From the UHGV virus genome UHGV-0222911: a DNA stretch of 64,000 nt. One strand, given 5' to 3'. Source of the stretch: a virus. A program made the position numbers and the translations under genes. Under the pieces are notes generated by a model that did no database searches, was not told where the DNA came from, and was given only the letters and a program-made list of their open reading frames with translations. Positions 46,687-53,490 of this stretch are shown here, one piece after another. Positions within the stretch are counted from its first letter, which is position 1; each line of letters opens with the position of its first letter.

Positions 46687-47058
46687 ATGAAAAACAGAAC
46701 AAACAAAGGCCAGTTTAAAAAAGGCCAGTCTGGAAACCCATCTGGAAGACCAAAAGGCTCTCGTAACAAAAGCTCACTCGTAAAAGCTCAACTGACCATT
46801 GATAATTCTGCTGAGTTTGCTGCAAAGCTGTTTGAGGCGATTGTTACAAGGGACGCTGCTAAGCTTGCAGAGTTTGGGTTAAACACAGATGACGTAACCA
46901 TCAAGAGCATGATTGAGGTCGGTAAAACCATCTTTACTCACTCAGCAGGTGAGATGAAAGCACTTGCAGCAGACACTAAGAAAACCCCTGATAATGGCGG
47001 TCAGCCACAGACAGATAACAAACCAACGTTCTCTGCTGTAGCGACTCTCAAAAAATAA
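46687..47058 (+). CDS. hypothetical protein with N-terminal basic GNPxGRPKG motif
   Basis: 123 aa; KGQFKKGQSGNPSGRPKGSRNK. Confidence 0.35.
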   Translation: MKNRTNKGQFKKGQSGNPSGRPKGSRNKSSLVKAQLTIDNSAEFAAKLFEAIVTRDAAKLAEFGLNTDDVTIKSMIEVGKTIFTHSAGEMKALAADTKKTPDNGGQPQTDNKPTFSAVATLKK

Positions 47059-47138
47059 TTTTAAAAGGTGTTGACAGACTCTACAAAGTTGTTCTAAAGT
47101 CTGTCACATCAAACAACAATGAGAGAAGAGAGTAAAAT

Positions 47139-48554
47139 ATGAGCGAATTATTTAAACATGCGCACCTTCATGCAGGTCGAACTGAAAATGGTGCTGTAAA
47201 CCATACTTCATCAATGTCTGCTCTTGTAGACTTTTACAAAGCTGCTGGTTCTAGCCGTAGCAATGTAGAAATCTTACCAGACCTGTTCTACAAAGCTTTG
47301 CGTGAGGATGTTGATGTTGCAGTTCGTATTTTACTGCATATGCGAGATGTACGAGAAGGTATGGGTGAGCGTAAAGCTTTCCGAACTGTTTTAATTCAAG
47401 CAGTTGAAGATAAAGTTTTAGAACCTACACAGGTTCTTCGCATTATGGATAAGATTGCAGAGCTTGGTCGCTTTGATGACTTCAAAATCTTTGTAGGTAC
47501 TCGTTTCGAGACAGATGCCTTCAAACACTTAGAAGCAGCATTACTAGACCCTGCAACAGCAGGTTTGGCGGCTAAGTGGTTACCACGAGTCAAACCACGT
47601 CATAAGCAGTTTGTAAAACGTTTCTGCAAGTTTGCCAACTTGAGCGAGAAAGAGTACCGCACACTGTTGTCTGCACTATCTGATACAGTTGAGCAAAAAA
47701 TCTCTGCTAATGAGTTTGGTAAGATTGACTACAGTAAGATTCCTTCACTTGCTGCTGCACGCTACCAAAAACTGTTTAACCGTAAAGATGGAGAGCGATA
47801 CAAAGCTTACATCGAGTCCTTATCAAAGGGTGAGGCTAAGATTAATGCTGGTGCTGTTTACCCATACGATGTGATTAAATCTGTCAAGCATGGTAATGCA
47901 GATGTTGCTAATGAGCAGTGGAAAGCACTACCAAACTGGATGGCAGAAGGTGAAAACATCTTATGTATGTCTGATGTATCAAGTTCAATGTCTTGGGTGA
48001 ATTTTGGCTCCATTACTGCTCTGGATATTGGTGTATCACTTGCCTTGTATGTAGCAGAACGCAATACAGGCTGCTTTAAGAATGAGTTGATGGTTTATTC
48101 AACAAACCCTCACTTCATCGAACTGAGTGGTGATTTACGAAACCGTCATCGTCAGGTGATGCGACACGTTGAATATGGCTCAACTAACTTACAAGCAGCT
48201 TTTGACCGTATTCTTGAGGTAGGTAAGAGAAACAACTTGACTCAGAAAGATATGCCAAGTAAGCTTATCATCTTCTCTGATATGGAGTTCAATCAGGTTG
48301 ATGGTGCAAATGGTCGTACAAACTTTGAAGTAATTCGTAGTAAGTACAAAAAAGCTGGATACGAAATGCCACAACTAGTATTCTGGTACTTAGCAAACCG
48401 TAATGGTACTTGCGAAGTGTCTGTTAAGGATAACGGTGTAGCAATGGTATCAGGGTTCTCTCCAGCCACTTTAAAAGCTCTGCTCGGTGGTGAGAATTTT
48501 GACCCAATCAGCGTAATGCTCAAAGCAGTAATGATTGACCGTTACATCTGGTAA
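47139..48554 (+). CDS. vWA-domain protein with helical N-terminal domain (possible Ro60/TROVE-like architecture)
   Basis: 471 aa; MIDAS-type DVSSSM (DxSxS) with downstream GSTN and FSDMEF elements in the C-terminal half; N-terminal about 280 aa helical. Confidence 0.45.
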   Translation: MSELFKHAHLHAGRTENGAVNHTSSMSALVDFYKAAGSSRSNVEILPDLFYKALREDVDVAVRILLHMRDVREGMGERKAFRTVLIQAVEDKVLEPTQVLRIMDKIAELGRFDDFKIFVGTRFETDAFKHLEAALLDPATAGLAAKWLPRVKPRHKQFVKRFCKFANLSEKEYRTLLSALSDTVEQKISANEFGKIDYSKIPSLAAARYQKLFNRKDGERYKAYIESLSKGEAKINAGAVYPYDVIKSVKHGNADVANEQWKALPNWMAEGENILCMSDVSSSMSWVNFGSITALDIGVSLALYVAERNTGCFKNELMVYSTNPHFIELSGDLRNRHRQVMRHVEYGSTNLQAAFDRILEVGKRNNLTQKDMPSKLIIFSDMEFNQVDGANGRTNFEVIRSKYKKAGYEMPQLVFWYLANRNGTCEVSVKDNGVAMVSGFSPATLKALLGGENFDPISVMLKAVMIDRYIW

Positions 48555-48572
48555 AAAGTTTTAAAAGGGGTA

Positions 48573-48602
48573 TTGACAATGTGTTTAATACCCTTTAATA
48601 TG
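48573..48602 (+). promoter_or_regulatory. sigma70-like promoter upstream of tRNA cluster
   Basis: TTGACA-17-TTTAAT; second TTGACA at 48664. Confidence 0.35.
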
Positions 48603-48719
48603 TTCTACATAGAAACGAAATGAGAGCTTTTCTAAGATACTGAAAAATATTTTAAAAAAGTTCTTGACAACCACTAAAAAATAATGTTAAAGTGGTTACA
48701 TAGAGTTTGAAAAGTTTAT

Positions 48720-48796
48720 CTCTGTTTAGCTCAGCTTGGTAGAGCGTTCCGTTTGGGGCGGTAAGGCCGGAGGTTCAAGTCCTCCAACAGAGACCA
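48720..48796 (+). tRNA. tRNA-Pro (anticodon UGG)
   Basis: Cloverleaf parsed by eye: perfect 7-bp acceptor CTCTGTT/AACAGAG, D arm GCTC/GAGC, anticodon loop TTTGGGG, T loop TTCAAGT, CCA encoded. Confidence 0.7.
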
Positions 48797-48803
48797 AATT
48801 AAT

Positions 48804-48881
48804 GTTCCAGTAGACAAAATGGTAAAGTCACCACTCTTTCAAAGTGGATATTTGAGGGTTCAAATCCCTTCTGGAACGCCA
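48804..48881 (+). tRNA. tRNA-Glu (anticodon UUC)
   Basis: Acceptor GTTCCAG/CTGGAAC, anticodon stem CCACT/AGTGG loop CTTTCAA, T arm GAGGG-TTCAAAT-CCCTT, CCA. Confidence 0.65.
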
Positions 48882-48887
48882 GTTTTG

Positions 48888-48962
48888 ACAGAAGACCAAT
48901 TACAGCAAACTTAATCTTATTCATCTGAAGGTAAATCGGACAAAGAAGAGATTTGGTCTGGT
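48888..48962 (+). ncRNA. structured element family A, copy a (conserved stem ACAGAAGACCAAT...ATTTGGTCTGG)
   Basis: 5' ACAGAAGACCNNTTACAGCAA and 3' GGTCTGG conserved in 4 copies; ends are reverse-complementary. Confidence 0.4.
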
Positions 48963-48972
48963 CATTAAGAAT

Positions 48973-49049
48973 TGCGGGTATAGAGAAAGGGCGTCTCACA
49001 TGTCTCATTAGCATGGTATCGGCAGGTTCGACTCCTGCACCCGCCTCCA
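48973..49049 (+). tRNA. tRNA with anticodon CAU (Met or Ile2); irregular 5' half
   Basis: T arm GCAGG-TTCGACT-CCTGC, 3' acceptor ACCCGCC-T-CCA, anticodon stem CATGT/GCATG loop CTCATTA; 5' acceptor pairing imperfect by eye. Confidence 0.5.
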
Positions 49050-49056
49050 AATTTAC

Positions 49057-49120
49057 AGAAGACCGTTTACAGCAATATTTATTAAATTTTTAGCGGAAAA
49101 ATTGAAAGATACGGTCTGGT
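49057..49120 (+). ncRNA. structured element family A, copy b
   Basis: ACAGAAGACCGTTTACAGCAA ... ATACGGTCTGG with internal hairpin AATTTTT-AGCGG-AAAAATT. Confidence 0.4.
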
Positions 49121-49132
49121 AATACTAAACAT

Positions 49133-49209
49133 GGTTAGGAAGCACATAAGGTATGTGCGGTCGCCTGTTAAGCGAATGGCACAGGGTTCGAATCCCTGAC
49201 TAACCGCCA
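49133..49209 (+). tRNA. tRNA-Asn (anticodon GUU)
   Basis: Acceptor GGTTAGG/ACTAACC, D arm GCAC/GTGC, anticodon loop CTGTTAA, T arm CAGGG-TTCGAAT-CCCTG, CCA. Confidence 0.65.
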
Positions 49210-49278
49210 AATTTAGGAGAGAAGCGATTGCTCACCGATTTGTAAGGTGCAAGTCCTTAGCCTGAATAGAAATTAAAT

Positions 49279-49366
49279 GTGTCGTTATCCCGTAGATGGT
49301 AGCGGTGGGGACTGTAAATCCCTTGTCATTGAGACTCGGTAGGTTCGACTCCTACACGGCACACCA
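49279..49366 (+). tRNA. tRNA-Tyr (anticodon GUA), long variable arm
   Basis: Acceptor GTGTCGT/ACGGCAC, anticodon stem GGGGA/TCCCT loop CTGTAAA, 14-nt variable arm, T arm GTAGG-TTCGACT-CCTAC, CCA. Confidence 0.65.
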
Positions 49367-49371
49367 AGTAA

Positions 49372-49450
49372 AGGTTATGTAGTTTAATCTGGTTAAAATA
49401 CTCCCCTGTCACGGGAGATGATGAGGGTTCGAATCCCTTCGTAACCGCCA
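49372..49450 (+). tRNA. tRNA-Asp (anticodon GUC)
   Basis: Acceptor GGTTATG/CGTAACC, anticodon stem CTCCC/GGGAG loop CTGTCAC, T arm GAGGG-TTCGAAT-CCCTT, CCA. Confidence 0.7.
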
Positions 49451-49529
49451 AATTATAATAAGTATTTCAAAATGATGTTTTGAGAGGGCTATTTAGCCCC
49501 TCCCTTAAAGAGTTCTTACGAGTATTCTT

Positions 49530-49612
49530 TAAAGGAGCAGAAGACCAAATTCAGCAAGTTACTTAAAATTTCAAGCCAATTTAATTTTGAAAAATTTAAA
49601 ACTTGGTCTGGC
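49530..49612 (+). ncRNA. structured element family A, copy c
   Basis: GCAGAAGACCAAATTCAGCAA ... AACTTGGTCTGG. Confidence 0.4.
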
Positions 49613-49623
49613 TCAACAAATTT

Positions 49624-49756
49624 ACAGAAGACCGTTTACAGCAAACTTTAAACAATCTATTTCTCCGGTAAAGAAAAGGCGAAGGTTCGATTCCTTCACT
49701 CGGCAGATGTCGAGTTGGTGTAATGGTAGCACTTAAGATGATAAACAACGGTCTGG
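49624..49756 (+). ncRNA. structured element family A, copy d, enclosing a tRNA-like module (T arm then acceptor/D-arm-like segment)
   Basis: Outer stem CAGAAGACCGTT/AACGGTCTGG; inside GAAGG-TTCGATT-CCTTC + ACTCGGC followed by GTCGAGT-TG-GTGTAATGGTAGCAC (acceptor strands complementary but in 3'-then-5' order). Confidence 0.4.
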
Positions 49757-49900
49757 TAATTATCTTTGCAGATAAGTTATTAAGCTTACCTGTGAGTATG
49801 CGACCACAAAGGGTGAAAGGGTAAATTCTAGATTTAAACCCAACAAGGCACATCGCTACAGACCTTAAGCAAGTCTGGGTAGCTTATCTACAAAGATAAT
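49757..49900 (+). ncRNA. candidate structured RNA bounded by inverted repeats TATCTTTGCAGATAAG / CTTATCTACAAAGATA
   Basis: Terminal 16-nt arms reverse-complementary (1 mismatch); internal hairpins CAGACC-TTAAGCAA-GTCTG and palindrome TAAATTCTAGATTTA. Confidence 0.3.
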
Positions 49901-49905
49901 TTAAT

Positions 49906-49981
49906 GGAAGTGTAGCAGAATGGTGATGCGGCAGACTTTTAATCTGACAGGCGATGGGTTCGAATCCCTCCACTTCTACCA
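49906..49981 (+). tRNA. tRNA-Lys (anticodon UUU)
   Basis: Acceptor GGAAGTG/CACTTCT, anticodon loop CTTTTAA, T loop TTCGAAT, CCA; paralog of tRNA at 51982. Confidence 0.55.
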
Positions 49982-50060
49982 AATTCACCCTTAACTGAGA
50001 AACACCTGCGCGGCTGGAAACACCCACTCAACAGTTTCTCTAACTAGGGTACTTATTCTG

Positions 50061-50136
50061 GTTCAGTCGCAGATAAGGTAATGCAAGGGTCTCATAAGCC
50101 CTATGAATGTGGGTTCGATTCCCATCTGAACCTCCA
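50061..50136 (+). tRNA. tRNA with anticodon CAU (Met or Ile2)
   Basis: Perfect acceptor GGTTCAG/CTGAACC, anticodon stem AGGGT/GCCCT loop CTCATAA, T arm GTGGG-TTCGATT-CCCAT, CCA. Confidence 0.65.
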
Positions 50137-50137
50137 A

Positions 50138-50213
50138 GCTGGTATAGTTAAGAAGGTTATAACACTCCCCTGATAAGGGAACATCGGTGGTTCGATTCCA
50201 CCTACCAGTACCA
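50138..50213 (+). tRNA. tRNA-Ile (anticodon GAU)
   Basis: Acceptor GCTGGTA/TACCAGT, D arm GTTA/TAAC, anticodon loop CTGATAA, T arm GGTGG-TTCGATT-CCACC, CCA. Confidence 0.65.
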
Positions 50214-50228
50214 ATTTCAATAAAGTTG

Positions 50229-50258
50229 TTGACATTGAGATGTGACCACTTTATAGTA
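50229..50258 (+). promoter_or_regulatory. sigma70-like promoter inside tRNA cluster
   Basis: TTGACA-17-TATAGT. Confidence 0.4.
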
Positions 50259-50461
50259 ACCTTAGTTTTCGTTGCGTAGCGTCTATTTTGCAAATTTAAA
50301 ATAAATGCAAACGACAATGTTTTTCTGGCAGTAGCTTGATAGGCTAAACACCAGTGAGGTCTTCCAATCCCTCATCAAAGAATTTGGCGTACTCGCCCAC
50401 GGTATGATTAATAAGGTGGGCATCTTTAAGGGCTTTCTAAGAGAGTCTTTAAAGATAATTA

Positions 50462-50543
50462 CGGGGCGTATCTCAGCGGTCTTCTAAACCGCCGTTAACC
50501 GAGTAAGTGGAGTATGCGGGTTCGAGTCCTGCCGCCTCGACCA
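50462..50543 (+). tRNA. atypical tRNA-like gene (anticodon-like loop CTTCTAA = UCU, Arg?) immediately upstream of HNH gene
   Basis: Perfect 7-bp acceptor CGGGGCG/CGCCTCG, T arm GCGGG-TTCGAGT-CCTGC, CCA, hairpin GCGGT-CTTCTAA-ACCGC; no canonical D arm found by eye, 23-nt extra region. Confidence 0.35.
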
Positions 50544-50557
50544 ATTTTGGAGAAATC

Positions 50558-50905
50558 ATGAAAACTTGTATTAGGTGCAAACTTAGCAAGGATGAAAATG
50601 ATTTCTACATGAAAGATGGTAGGAGAACTCATTCATACTGTAAAAAGTGTGTTAATGAGCAAACCATAGAAAGACAAAGAGCACTTAAACTCTTAGCTAT
50701 TGAGTACAAAGGTGGGGTTTGTCATGATTGTGGTAAGAAGTATCATCCAGCAGTGTATGACTTCCATCATTTGAATCCTTCAGATAAAGATTTTAACATT
50801 GGTCATAGGAAAAGCCTTAAGTTCTCTCAAGAACTAAAAGATGAACTTGACAAATGTGTTTTGCTATGTTCAAATTGCCATAGGGTAAGACATGCAAAAT
50901 ATTAG
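50558..50905 (+). CDS. HNH endonuclease with N-terminal zinc-finger (inserted in tRNA cluster)
   Basis: Track ORF 50507.. overlaps tRNA; trimmed to MKTCIRCKL; HHLNPSDKDF...CVLLCSNCHRVRH HNH/Zn motif; paralog of 51134..51538. Confidence 0.55.
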   Translation: MKTCIRCKLSKDENDFYMKDGRRTHSYCKKCVNEQTIERQRALKLLAIEYKGGVCHDCGKKYHPAVYDFHHLNPSDKDFNIGHRKSLKFSQELKDELDKCVLLCSNCHRVRHAKY

Positions 50906-51048
50906 TTAGCAGATTACTTAGACGACCTTAGCGGGTCTTCCTGTAGGGAGGTGGTCTGTATCTCATGTTTTCCAGAACATGTAAATAATCTGAGAAGGGG
51001 CTTTACAGTGTTGAGATAATACGGTAAGCTTCGAATTATAGTTTTAAT

Positions 51049-51119
51049 AGGGGTGAGCTATGGCAGCAATAGAGTCTCCAAAATTCTTGATTAGAGTTCG
51101 AATCTCTACACCCATGCCA
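51049..51119 (+). tRNA. compact tRNA-like gene, anticodon loop CTCCAAA (CCA, Trp?)
   Basis: Acceptor AGGGGTG/CACCCAT (1 mismatch), anticodon stem AGAGT/ATTCT, T arm TAGAG-TTCGAAT-CTCTA, CCA; shortened D arm. Confidence 0.35.
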
Positions 51120-51133
51120 GAACAGGTGCTTGT

Positions 51134-51538
51134 ATGAAACTTTGTAGAAAATGTTCTCAAGAAAAGCCTTTAAGCTGCTTTCATAAAAGAGGTAATGGCT
51201 ATCAGTCTGCTTGCAAAGATTGTAAAGCTAAGTACTCAGCAAAGAGATACAAAGAAGACCCTACTTATAAAGCAAAAAGAAAAGTTAGGGCAAAATATGA
51301 CAAAAAGAGGAACAGAGAGTTCCTTAGTAGATATAAGAAGTTTTGCAAATGCAGAATATGTGGCGAATCTGAGCCAGTAGCTTTGGATTTTCATCACTTA
51401 GACCCTAAAGAGAAAGATTTTGCTCCAAGCAATCTTAAAACTTACTCTAGGGGCACTATTAAGCGTGAAGTCCGTAAGTGTGTTGTGCTTTGTTCAAACT
51501 GTCATAGGAAAGTTCATGCAGGACTGTTAAGTATTTAA
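51134..51538 (+). CDS. HNH endonuclease with N-terminal zinc-finger (inserted in tRNA cluster)
   Basis: 134 aa; CRKCSQEK...CKDCKAK and HHLDPKEKDF...CVVLCSNCHRKVH. Confidence 0.55.
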   Translation: MKLCRKCSQEKPLSCFHKRGNGYQSACKDCKAKYSAKRYKEDPTYKAKRKVRAKYDKKRNREFLSRYKKFCKCRICGESEPVALDFHHLDPKEKDFAPSNLKTYSRGTIKREVRKCVVLCSNCHRKVHAGLLSI

Positions 51539-51551
51539 CAGTCTTATTAGG

Positions 51552-51639
51552 GGTAGGTAGCGGCTAATGGTAGCCAAACTGTCTTGAAAACAGTTGCCAC
51601 TGTAGAGATACGGTGAGGGTTCGACTCCTTTACTTACCG
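51552..51639 (+). tRNA. tRNA-Ser (anticodon UGA), long variable arm
   Basis: Acceptor GGTAGGT/ACTTACC, D arm GGCT/AGCC, anticodon stem ACTGT/ACAGT loop CTTGAAA, 20-nt variable arm, T arm GAGGG-TTCGACT-CCTTT; CCA not fully encoded. Confidence 0.6.
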
Positions 51640-51796
51640 CCTAATAAGATTTAAAGCCAAGCTTCATTCGGATGTTGCTTTGGTATCCCTCGTGTATTGT
51701 CGTACACACTGATAAAGCACCTAGTAGGTGTCACGGAGAAGAGATAATATCAAGCTCTCCAAAGGTTCTAGTCACCGGATTAAACAAGACTATGCA

Positions 51797-51822
51797 AAGA
51801 CCTTTTTAGGTCTTTTTAGAGG
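51797..51822 (+). terminator. hairpin with T-runs inside tRNA cluster
   Basis: AGACC-TTTTTA-GGTCT followed by TTTTAG. Confidence 0.3.
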
Positions 51823-51896
51823 GCTTCTAAGGTTATTACAGCTTGTTGTGGAACCTTGTTGCTTAGGTTCTTAGAAGTTCTCTAAAAAGATTTAAT

Positions 51897-51974
51897 GGGA
51901 GATTGACGGTAATTGGTAAACCTACCATCCTTAGAAGTTGGTGTTTGAGGGTTCGAATCCCTTGTCTCCTACCA
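51897..51974 (+). tRNA. tRNA with anticodon UAG (Leu-type anticodon, short variable arm)
   Basis: Acceptor GGGAGAT/GTCTCCT, anticodon stem CCATC/GTTGG loop CTTAGAA, T arm GAGGG-TTCGAAT-CCCTT, CCA; D arm weak by eye. Confidence 0.45.
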
Positions 51975-51981
51975 AATTAAT

Positions 51982-52057
51982 GCAGGTGTAGCAAAATGGT
52001 TATGCGGCTGACTCTTAATCAGTAAGACGATGGGTTCAATTCCCTCCACCTGTACCA
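51982..52057 (+). tRNA. tRNA-Lys (anticodon CUU)
   Basis: Acceptor GCAGGTG/CACCTGT, anticodon loop CTCTTAA, T loop TTCAATT, CCA; paralog of tRNA at 49906. Confidence 0.55.
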
Positions 52058-52063
52058 AACAAT

Positions 52064-52139
52064 GGGGTCATAGTTTATATGGTTAAAATTCGAGTTTTGC
52101 AAACTTGGGAACTGAGTTCAATTCTCAGTGACTCCACCA
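52064..52139 (+). tRNA. tRNA-Ala (anticodon UGC)
   Basis: Acceptor GGGGTCA/TGACTCC, D arm GTTT/AAAT, anticodon stem CGAGT/ACTTG loop TTTGCAA, T arm CTGAG-TTCAATT-CTCAG, CCA. Confidence 0.7.
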
Positions 52140-52145
52140 ATTAGT

Positions 52146-52220
52146 GCATCCATAGTTTAAACGGGAAAATTACAGTCTTCCAAACTGAGGTTGAGGGTTC
52201 GATTCCCTCTGGATGCTCCA
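52146..52220 (+). tRNA. tRNA-Gly (anticodon UCC)
   Basis: Perfect acceptor GCATCCA/TGGATGC, anticodon loop CTTCCAA, T arm GAGGG-TTCGATT-CCCTC, CCA. Confidence 0.7.
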
Positions 52221-52227
52221 AATTAAT

Positions 52228-52304
52228 GCTGCTTTCGTATAATTGGCTATTACACATCCCTTGTAAGGATGGAAATGCAGGTTCGAGTCCTGTGAGCAGC
52301 ACCA
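52228..52304 (+). tRNA. tRNA-Thr (anticodon UGU)
   Basis: Acceptor GCTGCTT/GAGCAGC, anticodon stem CATCC/GGATG loop CTTGTAA, T arm GCAGG-TTCGAGT-CCTGT, CCA. Confidence 0.7.
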
Positions 52305-52305
52305 A

Positions 52306-52395
52306 TTCAGAGGTCAAGTGAAAGACCGCTGGTGTCAACTGAAGACCGTAACAAATTCCACGGAGTTGAGTTAGCGGCACAACTTCAGACCTCTT
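52306..52395 (+). ncRNA. structured element related to family A (contains TGAAGACCGTAACAAATTCC), flanked by CAGAGGTC / GACCTCT inverted repeat
   Basis: Lies between tRNA-Thr and tRNA-Val; no tRNA fold; shares GAAGACCGT core with family A. Confidence 0.3.
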
Positions 52396-52399
52396 TCAC

Positions 52400-52474
52400 A
52401 CTCGCTTAGTTTATATGGTAAAACATCACCCTTACAAGATGAAGAAAAAGGTTCAAGTCCTTTAGTGAGTACCA
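52400..52474 (+). tRNA. tRNA-Val (anticodon UAC)
   Basis: Acceptor ACTCGCT/AGTGAGT, D arm GTTT/AAAC, anticodon loop CTTACAA, T arm AAAGG-TTCAAGT-CCTTT, CCA. Confidence 0.7.
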
Positions 52475-52475
52475 T

Positions 52476-52553
52476 GTTCCAGTATCCCAATTGGCAGAGG
52501 ATGCAAGCTCAAACCTTGTATTAGTGACGGTTCGAATCCGTCTTGGAACACCA
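52476..52553 (+). tRNA. tRNA with anticodon CAA (Leu-type anticodon, short variable arm)
   Basis: Acceptor GTTCCAG/TTGGAAC, anticodon stem GCAAG/CTTGT loop CTCAAAC, T arm GACGG-TTCGAAT-CCGTC, CCA. Confidence 0.5.
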
Positions 52554-52569
52554 ATTTTAGGAGAACACT

Positions 52570-52677
52570 ATGATTAATAAATCAATTGCAAAAAAGTTTA
52601 TAGCGTCATTCAAAAACAGGCGTAAAAACAACTCTTGTGAAAAACTGTATGGTGTTCTTGTAGGTAAGCAGGATTAG
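52570..52677 (+). CDS. possible micro-ORF (35 aa) overlapping the 5' end of tRNA-Arg
   Basis: TAGGAGA RBS 5 nt upstream of ATG; MINKSIAKKFIASFKNRRKNNSCEKLYGVLVGKQD; below track cutoff; may be non-coding spacer. Confidence 0.15.
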   Translation: MINKSIAKKFIASFKNRRKNNSCEKLYGVLVGKQD

Positions 52678-52743
52678 TTCAAATGGATAGAGCAACAGTC
52701 TACGAAGCTGTTAATAGGGGTTCGAATCCCTTATCCTGCACCA
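52668..52743 (+). tRNA. tRNA-Arg (anticodon ACG)
   Basis: Perfect acceptor GCAGGAT/ATCCTGC, D arm GTTC/GAGC, anticodon stem ACAGT/GCTGT loop CTACGAA, T arm AGGGG-TTCGAAT-CCCTT, CCA. Confidence 0.7.
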
Positions 52744-52762
52744 ATTTAAAGAGGCTATTTAG

Positions 52763-53320
52763 ATGAGATATTTGAAGTATGCTTCATGGATTTTCTTAGC
52801 TTTGTTAGAGCCATTTGCAGCAATCTTAGCAGTTATCTTAGCACCTTTCGTAGTCCCATTCTACAGTGAGAAGAAAGGACACTTACCTTTCGGCTTCAGA
52901 TGGATGGAGACATATGACAACCCAATTGATGGTGATAAAGGGCATGTCGAACGATGGGCTAAGATTAGAAAGATTGGCAAGCTTGGTGTCTATATGCAGA
53001 GAGTCGGTTGGCTCTGGAGAAACAAAGCTTATAACTTCTCTTACCATGTATTAGGAAGAGATGTAAAAGATGTTACTAAGTGGAAAGGTAATATCAACGT
53101 AAGTTCTAACCCTGAAGATAATCAGACAGGTTATCTCCTAATGTGGAACAGTAATGCTTGGGGATTATTCGCTTTTATCCCATCAATTAAAGTCTTTGGT
53201 AAACAATTCTACTGGAGAATTTATGTTGGATGGAAGCTAAAAAGTGTTGTCCCAGAAGAAAGAGCATTCTCAAGGGAAAGAGTTATGTTGGCATTCTTTA
53301 TTCATCCACTAAGAAAGTAA
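52763..53320 (+). CDS. hypothetical membrane protein embedded in tRNA cluster
   Basis: 185 aa; N-terminal hydrophobic WIFLALLEPFAAILAVILAPFVVPF. Confidence 0.4.
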   Translation: MRYLKYASWIFLALLEPFAAILAVILAPFVVPFYSEKKGHLPFGFRWMETYDNPIDGDKGHVERWAKIRKIGKLGVYMQRVGWLWRNKAYNFSYHVLGRDVKDVTKWKGNINVSSNPEDNQTGYLLMWNSNAWGLFAFIPSIKVFGKQFYWRIYVGWKLKSVVPEERAFSRERVMLAFFIHPLRK

Positions 53321-53328
53321 AGATTTAA

Positions 53329-53404
53329 AGGGGATTAGTTTACAAGGTTAAAACCTCGGTCTTTGAAATCGAAGAAGTTGGTTCAATTCCAACATCCCCC
53401 GCCA
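53329..53404 (+). tRNA. tRNA-Gln (anticodon UUG)
   Basis: Acceptor AGGGGAT/ATCCCCC (1:72 unpaired), D arm GTTT/AAAC, anticodon stem TCGGT/ATCGA loop CTTTGAA, T arm GTTGG-TTCAATT-CCAAC, CCA. Confidence 0.65.
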
Positions 53405-53406
53405 AT

Positions 53407-53485
53407 GCTCCATTACTCCAATTGGTAGAGAGGCCAGACTTAAAATCTGTGTTATGTATCGGTTCGAATCCGATATGGAGTACCA
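53407..53485 (+). tRNA. tRNA with anticodon UAA (Leu-type anticodon, short variable arm)
   Basis: Acceptor GCTCCAT/ATGGAGT, anticodon loop CTTAAAA between CAGA/TCTG stem, T arm ATCGG-TTCGAAT-CCGAT, CCA. Confidence 0.5.
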
Positions 53486-53490
53486 AATTT

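Noticed and set aside
48799-52380. Minus-strand track ORFs within the tRNA cluster (48799..49050, 49596..49853, 50063..50317, 52141..52380)
   Set aside because: Each is antisense to one or more well-formed plus-strand tRNA genes; GC-rich tRNA sequence commonly generates such open frames.
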